Translations under genes and position numbers: made by a program | Part shown: positions 53,593 through 61,052 of the stretch, piece by piece | Layout: every line of letters begins with the position of its first letter | Position numbering within the stretch: position 1 is the stretch's first letter | The notes under the pieces: model-generated | What the model saw: the letters and a program-made list of their open reading frames with translations, nothing else | What the model was told of the DNA's origin: nothing | Database searches by the model: none | Source: an uncultured Acidimicrobiia bacterium | Lineage (GTDB): Bacteria; Acidobacteriota; Terriglobia; Versatilivoradales; Versatilivoraceae | Length of the DNA: 64,000 nt | Reading direction: 5' to 3' | Assembly: GCA_963786955.1 (NCBI GenBank) | Contig: CAWBAT010000004.1 | Coordinates: forward strand, 832,001-896,000

Positions 53593-54004
53593 GCCACGAT
53601 TGACGCGCCTTCTGCGCCTATCGTGGGTATGTATCCTGGATTCGTGTGGTTCATCAGGGACGTGATACCAAGTCGCATTCAAACGATGACAGTTTGAATT
53701 CCCCTCCACGGGAGGGGTGACTGCCGGAGGTAGGCGGGGTGGTCGAAGTCAGAAAAACCCTTTCCGAGTTAAAACCCACCCCTGGCCTTCGGCCATCCCC
53801 TCCGCTGGAGGGGATTTCTTTAACACGAGGCGGCGTCGGTCACCTGGCGGACGAGCCCGGCAGAAAGATTGGAGACGCCGCGCCCCCGCGGCGCCTATTT
53901 ACAACGGGACGAGGGCGTCCCGACTCCAAAAGCTGATCTTGCAAGGGCGTGGAGACAGGCTTTCCCGCTTGACAAACCTTGAAGATGTGTGACCCCATCT
54001 TCAT

Positions 54005-54469
54005 ATGTTAATTATCGGTTGCGGGAATGAACTTCGAGGCGACGATGCCGCGGGACTGCTCGTGGCCCGACATCTCCGGTCCTTGGGGCTGAACGCCTGT
54101 GAGCACACAGGGGATGGGCTCAATTTAATTCAATTGTGGGAACCCTCGAGTGAAGTTGTCCTGGTGGATGCGGTTTTGGCGCAGGGGGATCCGGGACAGG
54201 TGAGAGTCTGGGATGGTATCGCTGCTCCTGTCGAACCAGATTTATTTCGCTTTTCTTCGCATTCTCTTGGAGTTGGCGAGGCTATTGAGATGGCACGGCT
54301 TCTCGGCAGTTTGCCTAAACAGTTGATTATCTACGGCATCGAAGGAAATCAATTTGAAATTGGAACCACTCCCTCCGCCGTGGTGCTCCAAGCCGTAGAG
54401 AAAGTCGTGGACATGATCTTGGAGAGGAACACCCCGTCTGAATCGTCGCGGAGAAAAGAGCAGATTTAA
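54005..54469 (+). CDS. Hydrogenase maturation endopeptidase (probably for the group 3b enzyme)
   Basis: IIGCGNELRGDDAAG, LVDAV, SSHSLGV. Confidence 0.88.
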   Translation: MLIIGCGNELRGDDAAGLLVARHLRSLGLNACEHTGDGLNLIQLWEPSSEVVLVDAVLAQGDPGQVRVWDGIAAPVEPDLFRFSSHSLGVGEAIEMARLLGSLPKQLIIYGIEGNQFEIGTTPSAVVLQAVEKVVDMILERNTPSESSRRKEQI

Positions 54470-54503
54470 AGAACGGCTCTTTTCTTCAAGGAGAGGCAGC
54501 GAC

Positions 54504-55187
54504 CTATTGCCCTCTTTGAAAGGGCACGAAGCGGACGGGAATCAGATTGCGCTTCAAGACCGCTTTTCCATGCTTCTCCACCAAGATGAGGTTCTGAACC
54601 AGGTAGGGAGAACCCACGGGGATGACCATTCTGCCCCCATCTTTGAGCTGTTCAATGAGTGGCGGAGGAATGGACTCCGCACCTGCGGTGACCATAATGC
54701 CGTCAAAAGGCGCGTGTTCTTTCCAGCCTTCGTAGCCATCACCAATCTTGACGGTGATATTTTTGTATCCCATCGCAGAGAGCCGTTCGCTGGCCCTTTT
54801 CCCCAATTCCGGGATGATCTCAATCGTATAAACCGTGTCCACGATCTCGGCAAGCACTGCTGCTTGATAGCCTGAACCGGTACCGACTTCCAGAAAACGC
54901 TGGCCCTTTTGAGGATTTAAGACCTCTGTCATGTAAGCCACGATATAAGGTTGCGAAATCGTCTGCCCGAATCCAATAGGCAGTGGCGCGTCATCGTAGG
55001 CGGAATCCTTCTGCGACGCGGGTAGGAAAAGGTGCCTAGGCACTTTCCGCATGGCCCGCAGAACGAGAGGATCCTTTACACCCCTCATTTCAATTTGGAA
55101 CTCAACCATCTTTTCGCGCATCACCTGAGAACGGTCCGACATCAGGGTAATCAAACTCATGAAAATGAAACCTGCAATCCTCCACAT
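54504..55187 (-). CDS. pcm: Protein-L-isoaspartate O-methyltransferase
   Basis: VPRHLF, GQTISQPYIV, LEVGTGSGYQAA, GDGYEGW..HAPFD, VRFVP. Confidence 0.95.
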   Translation of the reverse strand: MWRIAGFIFMSLITLMSDRSQVMREKMVEFQIEMRGVKDPLVLRAMRKVPRHLFLPASQKDSAYDDAPLPIGFGQTISQPYIVAYMTEVLNPQKGQRFLEVGTGSGYQAAVLAEIVDTVYTIEIIPELGKRASERLSAMGYKNITVKIGDGYEGWKEHAPFDGIMVTAGAESIPPPLIEQLKDGGRMVIPVGSPYLVQNLILVEKHGKAVLKRNLIPVRFVPFQRGQ

Positions 55188-55427
55188 GATTGGTGCCTCA
55201 TATCCAGTTCTTCACAGGGACACCCTTCCTTCATATCATAGAACAGTTTGGTGGGGGCAGTCTCTTGAACTCATACAAACGCATAATGTATTGTTACGAA
55301 TCACCCACGCCTCGCTTAGCTCAGCGTGGCTACCAAAGCGGGATTGCGACGCCAAATTAATGCGTTTGTATTAGATCTGTGACAGGAATAGCCAGGTTCC
55401 CTCCTGCGAATTGAACACCGATTCCGA

Positions 55428-57083
55428 TCAACTCATGCCTGTGACGTTTCCTTCTCCATCCACATCCAGCTTCATCGCCTGAGGGACCTTGGGAAGGCCC
55501 GGCATCAGGAGCATATTGCCAGCGATCACGACAACGAAACCGGCGCCGGCAGACAATCGCGCATCTGAAACGGTCAGGACCCAATCCTTGGGTGCCCCCA
55601 GCAACTTCGGATTGTCTGACAAAGAGTATTGAGTCTTGGCAACACAAACCGGGAGATTGCCAAAGCCCAAATCCTGCAACTTCTGAATTCGTTTCCGCAC
55701 GGCCCCTTCTATATAGATGGACTTGGCTCCATAGATCTCTTTCGCGATGACTTCGACCTTCCCTTCGATATCAAGATCGGAGCGATACAAGGGCCGGATG
55801 GGATCGAGCTTGGCCGACTCGGCAACGGCAATGACCTTCTTGGCCAGTTCCAATCCACCGTCTCCCCCTTTCTCGAAGACCTCGCTAGGAGCACTCTCCA
55901 CGCCAATGGTCTGGCAAAAATTCTGGACAATTTGGATTTCCTCGGGAGTGTCCGTAGCAAAGCGGTTGATGGCTACGACCTGAGGTAAATTATATTTCTT
56001 AAGGTTTTCAACATGCTTTGCCAGATTACAGAGGCCTCTCTTGAGCGCTTCTATGTCACCGAGCAATGACGTTCTCTTCTGCGAACCCTGCAACATGAGC
56101 GCCCTTACGGAGGCAATCACCACCGCCACCGAGGGCTTAATCCCTGAGGAAGGCATCACAATATCCAGATACTTTTCAGCTCCCAAGTCAGCCCCAAAGC
56201 CGCTTTCGTTGACCACATATTCTGCCAGTCGCAGCGCCATTTTCTGTGAAAGGACACTGCTTGTTCCGTGGGCAATATTGGCAAACGGTCCGGCATGAAC
56301 GAGGGCCGGGGTGTTTTCCGTGGTCTGGACCAAGTTAGGCATGATCGCCTGGCTGAGCAGGACCATCATGGAACCCGTAGCACCCAGGTCACGGGCTCGA
56401 ACGGGCCCTCCGGTTCGATCCAATCCGATCACAATCTCCCCAAGCCGGTGTCGGAAGTCCTCCCGGGAGTTTGCCAGGGCCAAAATGGCCATAATCTCCG
56501 AGGCCGCGGTAATCACAAAGCCCGTTTCTCGAGGCACGCCGTTCATCTTGCCTCCGAGTCCGACGATAATTTTCCTTAAGACTCGATCGTTCATGTCAAT
56601 GGTACGTGGCCAAGAGATGGTGTCGGGATCGATATTCATCTCGTTTCCGTAGTAGAGGTGTGAATCTACCAGCGCCGCCAACAGGTTATGAGCGGTAGTC
56701 ACAGCATGGAAGTCCCCATTGAAATGAAGGTTAATCATCTCACTCGGGTGAACTTTGGACTTTCCGCCTCCCGTCGCTCCCCCTTTGACTCCAAAAACCG
56801 GGCCTAACGAAGGCTCCCTCAAGGTCGCGACGCTTTTTTTGCCACACTTTTCTAAGGCTTGAGCAAGCCCGATGGAGGTGACGGTTTTCCCTTCTCCGTA
56901 CTCTGTCGGAGTGATCGCGGTGACCAAGATGAGTTTCCCCAAGCGGGCCGGTTCGGGTTGTAATAGAAAATCCAACTTGATCTTGGCGGTATATTTTCCA
57001 CAAGGCTCAAGGAATTCACCCGGTATCCCAAGTTTTTTTGCGATCTCGAAAATTGGCAGCATCGTGGCTGAATTTCTGCTCAT
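55428..57083 (-). CDS. fhs: Formate--tetrahydrofolate ligase
   Basis: TAITPT..GEGKT, REPSLGPVFGVKGGATGGG, H.GPFANIAHG, AKTQYSLSD, MPGLPK. Confidence 0.97.
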   Translation of the reverse strand: MSRNSATMLPIFEIAKKLGIPGEFLEPCGKYTAKIKLDFLLQPEPARLGKLILVTAITPTEYGEGKTVTSIGLAQALEKCGKKSVATLREPSLGPVFGVKGGATGGGKSKVHPSEMINLHFNGDFHAVTTAHNLLAALVDSHLYYGNEMNIDPDTISWPRTIDMNDRVLRKIIVGLGGKMNGVPRETGFVITAASEIMAILALANSREDFRHRLGEIVIGLDRTGGPVRARDLGATGSMMVLLSQAIMPNLVQTTENTPALVHAGPFANIAHGTSSVLSQKMALRLAEYVVNESGFGADLGAEKYLDIVMPSSGIKPSVAVVIASVRALMLQGSQKRTSLLGDIEALKRGLCNLAKHVENLKKYNLPQVVAINRFATDTPEEIQIVQNFCQTIGVESAPSEVFEKGGDGGLELAKKVIAVAESAKLDPIRPLYRSDLDIEGKVEVIAKEIYGAKSIYIEGAVRKRIQKLQDLGFGNLPVCVAKTQYSLSDNPKLLGAPKDWVLTVSDARLSAGAGFVVVIAGNMLLMPGLPKVPQAMKLDVDGEGNVTGMS

Positions 57084-57132
57084 AGTATATAGGCCTCTCT
57101 AACTAAGATCTTATACGTCCAAATTTAAGAGT

Positions 57133-57148
57133 AGCAAACTTCATTCCA
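57133..57148 (-). promoter_or_regulatory. Putative sigma54 promoter of fhs
   Basis: Minus strand TGGAATGAAGTTTGCT (GG-N10-GC), 50 nt upstream of ATG. Confidence 0.65.
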
Positions 57149-57435
57149 TCTCAAATTGCTTCCAGAAGCACCGATTCCAGGTCCTAAGAGCATGATTTTA
57201 ACGGATTAGATCCCCCAAAAGCGGGTCAAACGCCGCAATCAAAACCGGGAAGAAAAAGTCATCTTAGCAGAAGAAATGAGTTTGACCTTCGGCATGATTT
57301 GGTGTGTCGGTTGCTCGGTCGCATATTAAGGAGCTGAGTACCGCTCGAGCCGGGCTAAGAGAAACGTGTGACATCTGGATTCTGAATAATATTGATGCCA
57401 TTTTCCCGCTCCAATTTTGATGAAGGGAGGGGCCT

Positions 57436-57903
57436 ATGTCGGTGAAAGTCACAAACGCGAGTATTGCAAAACAGCTTAAGAAAGAACACGCCTATATCCA
57501 TGAAATAATCAAGAAAATAGAGAAACGAGTGGCTATGATTGGACCTCAAAGACCAGCATTAGAGTGGGGTTCCTCACTTCTGGAAAACCTCAGCTCACTT
57601 CGCGAACATCTGGAGAAACATTTTGAGTTTGAAGAAATGGGGGGCTTCATGGAAGAAGTGATGAAGGCTTTGCCGAACGTCAGCCCTCAGGTAGAATCCC
57701 TACGCCGTGACCATCAAATACTAGCCTTTGAAATCAATGATTTGTACAAGCGAGCCGAAACGTTAATTCTTGACAACGGTCCAACCTCGCGGGAAATGGG
57801 AGAGGATATCAAACACTTTTTGCACTCGCTCGGCGAACATGAGAGAAAAGAGAACGAATTGATCCTCCATGTATTCCTCGATGACGTTGGAATGATCGAT
57901 TAA
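57436..57903 (+). CDS. Hemerythrin-like (HHE) domain protein
   Basis: EH, HFEFEE.GG, LRRDH, HERKE helical-bundle motifs; GGAGG RBS. Confidence 0.8.
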   Translation: MSVKVTNASIAKQLKKEHAYIHEIIKKIEKRVAMIGPQRPALEWGSSLLENLSSLREHLEKHFEFEEMGGFMEEVMKALPNVSPQVESLRRDHQILAFEINDLYKRAETLILDNGPTSREMGEDIKHFLHSLGEHERKENELILHVFLDDVGMID

Positions 57904-57934
57904 TCCCGGATTCCGAAGTTGCTTTAGCATCACT

Positions 57935-58010
57935 AGGTGGAGCGGGCGCGTGGGACCGCTGTCACCCCGCGCACGCTTTTTGAACGCGCGGCGGAGCGCG
58001 CGTTCCGCCT
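57935..58010. repeat. GTGGA-type REP-like palindromes; related copies near 18717, 18943, 42173-42202, 48211
   Basis: AGGTGGAGC(G/A)GGCGC and GAACGCGCG.CGGAGCGCGCGTTCC.CCT recur in intergenic DNA. Confidence 0.6.
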
Positions 58011-58066
58011 GAATCCGCAGGTCAGCAGTATACTTTTTCCCTTTCCTGACCGTCTTACAAGTCCTA

Positions 58067-59014
58067 CTAACAATTCATCGAGTCGCTGGACTCAAAAAGG
58101 CTCATTTGGCAGGAATCTGAATCTTCCTCTCGGGTGTAATAGGCGAGACATTCCGATTCCCTTCCCCGAATCACCCGTTTTCCTACTAGACTTCCTTTGG
58201 TCTCCGTCACGATTGTCTGCTGCCCTTCCCGATGGTGGTCATCATAGAAGAAAACGACGATCCAATCCCGCGTTCGCCCCAACTCATGCGCTCGAGCCGT
58301 GTTTGAGTACAGGGCTGTAAAATGCCAGTTCCCGCGTTGAGTGTGGAGTATTGGCATCCAGGCTTTTCCCTCCGGATTGAAGCGGCGCGGCGAAATTCGA
58401 GGAAGATGCCCTTTCTCGGCTTTCTCCCGATACTCGGCATCAACGTCCAGCAGCAGTTCCAAGGGGGGTGGCTGTAGAACTTTACTGGCACGGTTCTGAA
58501 CCTGTCCTAGCATTTTGCCAAGCGTCGCTCGCAACACAGCTGCACGGCGTGGCCCTATGCCCGGAACTTTTTCCAGGCGACCATCATGAGCGGCTATTTC
58601 GAGAGCTTCCAGCGTATCAATGTTCAAAGCATCATGGATGCGTTCAGCCAGCTTGGGGCCAAGACCTGGGATGGTTTGATAGAGATGGACAGGGTCCAGC
58701 GTTCCACGTAGACGTTCGAGTTGGGCCCACCGCCCTTGGGTGAGAATTTCATGAATGACGGCTGCAATCCCCTGACCGATCGAGGGAATAGCTTTGAGGC
58801 CCTTGAGGCCTTGAGATTCAAAAATCTCTTTAATACTGCAATCCAGCTGGACAATGGTGTCGGCTGCGTGTCGATAGGCTCCGACGCGGAATGGATTTGC
58901 CCCTTGCTGCTGAAGAAGACTGGCAACCTCACGAAGTTTGTCGGCGACTTGTTGGTTAATGGAGAGATCCAAGGTTTCACTCCTTTGGAACCCCCGCTTA
59001 ATCAGTGAACTCAA
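58067..59014 (-). CDS. Helix-hairpin-helix DNA-binding protein (PolX N-terminal-like, no polymerase domain)
   Basis: NPFRVGAYRHAA, IPSIG, IPGLGPK, VPGIGPRR; C-terminal domain unrecognised. Confidence 0.8.
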   Translation of the reverse strand: MSSLIKRGFQRSETLDLSINQQVADKLREVASLLQQQGANPFRVGAYRHAADTIVQLDCSIKEIFESQGLKGLKAIPSIGQGIAAVIHEILTQGRWAQLERLRGTLDPVHLYQTIPGLGPKLAERIHDALNIDTLEALEIAAHDGRLEKVPGIGPRRAAVLRATLGKMLGQVQNRASKVLQPPPLELLLDVDAEYREKAEKGHLPRISPRRFNPEGKAWMPILHTQRGNWHFTALYSNTARAHELGRTRDWIVVFFYDDHHREGQQTIVTETKGSLVGKRVIRGRESECLAYYTREEDSDSCQMSLFESSDSMNC

Positions 59015-59156
59015 AGAGCGAGAGTGTCATTCCTATTGGATGATGCTGACACTTAATTTGTTGTCTCGAGTCTCTCGCGGACCTGCCATGAAAATTCTCA
59101 ACGCCGTCCGTATGCAAATGGCCGGCTCCTCCCGAAAGGGGTCACCCTTAATCCGT

Positions 59157-59576
59157 CTAAAAAGCCATGAACTCCGGTTCCAAGACGGCTCGAATCAGAT
59201 CGCTGCGCGACAGGATACCCACGAGTTTCCCTTTCTCGGTGACGGGAACTCGCAGAATATGATGCTCCTGTAAGAGCTTCATCACCTCTTCCGTCGGGGT
59301 CTCTACATCAACCGTCGTCGGAGAAGTAGACATGATATCCGCCGCGGCAATGGTTTCGAGAGCCTTCCCTTCCACCAGCGCCCGCAAGATGTCGGCTTCC
59401 GTGACGATTCCGACAACGCTACCATCTCTCTCGGCCACGGGCATTCCACTAAAGCCGTTGGCAACGAGCTGGCTGGCAATGTCACGGACTGAGGCACGCG
59501 GAGTCGTCGCAAACACAGGCCTTTGCATGATTTGCCCAGCCGTGGCAATTACTTCCTTTTGGGATTTAGCTTTCAT
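59157..59576 (-). CDS. Tandem CBS domain protein
   Basis: IM..PV, SGMPV, VGIVTEADI, LVGILSRSDL; GGAGG RBS. Confidence 0.9.
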   Translation of the reverse strand: MKAKSQKEVIATAGQIMQRPVFATTPRASVRDIASQLVANGFSGMPVAERDGSVVGIVTEADILRALVEGKALETIAAADIMSTSPTTVDVETPTEEVMKLLQEHHILRVPVTEKGKLVGILSRSDLIRAVLEPEFMAF

Positions 59577-59704
59577 TAGCCCCTCCTTTGGCTGTCGGCC
59601 TTCGAATGCTATCTTCCCGTCTAGGAAGATCACAACCTACAGGCCAACGCAGCTTCACTTTCAGTACGGAGAATGGAGTACCAGCACCTTTAACATTCTG
59701 CGTA

Positions 59705-59720
59705 TGCAAAACGGATGCCA
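59705..59720 (-). promoter_or_regulatory. Putative sigma54 promoter of the CBS gene
   Basis: Minus strand TGGCATCCGTTTTGCA. Confidence 0.7.
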
Positions 59721-60048
59721 GTGCGGAAATCTCACTCAAAAACAAAGGAGAATCGTAAATCAAAGAGACAGGGCAGTTAAACACGAAGAGGCGAATGCCC
59801 ATTAGAGCCCGGTGGATGAGAAAAAATTATTGTAATGGGGGAAGTCACCCATTAGTGGTTTAGACTGCTTAGGCCGGGGAGGGTAATTCTTCCGAAGACT
59901 TTACGAAAGCTTTACATTTTTTACTGCACCAATTTTGACCTAAACAGCATCTACTAGAGCTAACGGTGGATGGTTTCGAGTGTTGTGACAAGCCACACAC
60001 ACTAAGGAATAGGATGGTCTGGCTATAAGTCAGAGTTGGGAGGCGGCA

Positions 60049-60777
60049 ATGAGGCTCAAAGAGTTACTGTTCATTTTTATTGCTTCGCTGTTACTTGGCA
60101 GCGCGGATGTTCATGCAATCGACACGAAACCCAACTTCTCGGGGACTTGGACACTTGACAGACAGAAAAGCGATCTAGGCGCCGGGAATGGGACAGGTCA
60201 CAATCGGAGTGGCGGAGGGAAAATGGGTGGTTTGGGTATGGGCATGCCAGGATCGGGATACCCTGGCATGGGAGGGCCTCGCATGGGCGGAGGTATGGGA
60301 GGGCCTCGCACGGAGGGCGGAGCAGGCGGACCCCAAACCGGCGACCCGGGACTGGGAGGTACCAGCACAGGACAGAATCGATATCCTTCCCCAGAAACAG
60401 GTGAAGCGGAGCGGCCCCGCAGAGCTCAGATTCCGTCGACGGTAGTCATCGAACATGCGGAACCGCAACTCATCGTAAAACAAAAGATCAATCCCCAAGG
60501 AGAAGAACAATTCCGCGAGTTGAAATACACAACAGACGGGAAAACAAACCAGAATGAAGGATTCCGAGGCTATATCGTGGAGTCGCAGACCTCTTGGAAA
60601 GACGACCATCTTGTAACGAAATCAACTATCGACACAGACAATGGGATGATCAAGATTACCGAAGTGCGCAGCCTCTCAGCAGACGGGAAAACGATGACTG
60701 TTGAAATCAAATCCAGCGGCGGGCCGATGGACCGGCAACAAAAGCTGGTTTACGACAAAGATAAGCCTGCACTATGA
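60049..60777 (+). CDS. Secreted beta-barrel-like protein with a Gly/Met/Pro-rich insert
   Basis: Signal peptide, PNFSGTWTLD, low-complexity GMGGPR stretch, SLSADGKTMT. Confidence 0.75.
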   Translation: MRLKELLFIFIASLLLGSADVHAIDTKPNFSGTWTLDRQKSDLGAGNGTGHNRSGGGKMGGLGMGMPGSGYPGMGGPRMGGGMGGPRTEGGAGGPQTGDPGLGGTSTGQNRYPSPETGEAERPRRAQIPSTVVIEHAEPQLIVKQKINPQGEEQFRELKYTTDGKTNQNEGFRGYIVESQTSWKDDHLVTKSTIDTDNGMIKITEVRSLSADGKTMTVEIKSSGGPMDRQQKLVYDKDKPAL

Positions 60778-61052
60778 TTGACTTTAGGATGGGATGGAGA
60801 TTTTCTCCTCTGATAAACCCCAGAATGTGAATTGAGGAAAGGAATTTAAAACACTGAACTCCCTTTTTCTTGCAAGGGATATCAGTTCACGAATCTTGCC
60901 CAACCGCGTAGGCTTAGAAGGTCTGCATTCCCCTCCAAGGGTGTATCGATGGTGGGTGAAGATGCCGATCAAGAAGACGGTACCAATCAAGGCGGTACGG
61001 AATGATGCCGCTTGTCAGACAAACACTAATAAGGTTGTAAAGACACCCAGGA

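Noticed and set aside
55428-57083. Wood-Ljungdahl acetogenesis
   Set aside because: fhs alone is not diagnostic; no acs, cooS, folD or metF in the window
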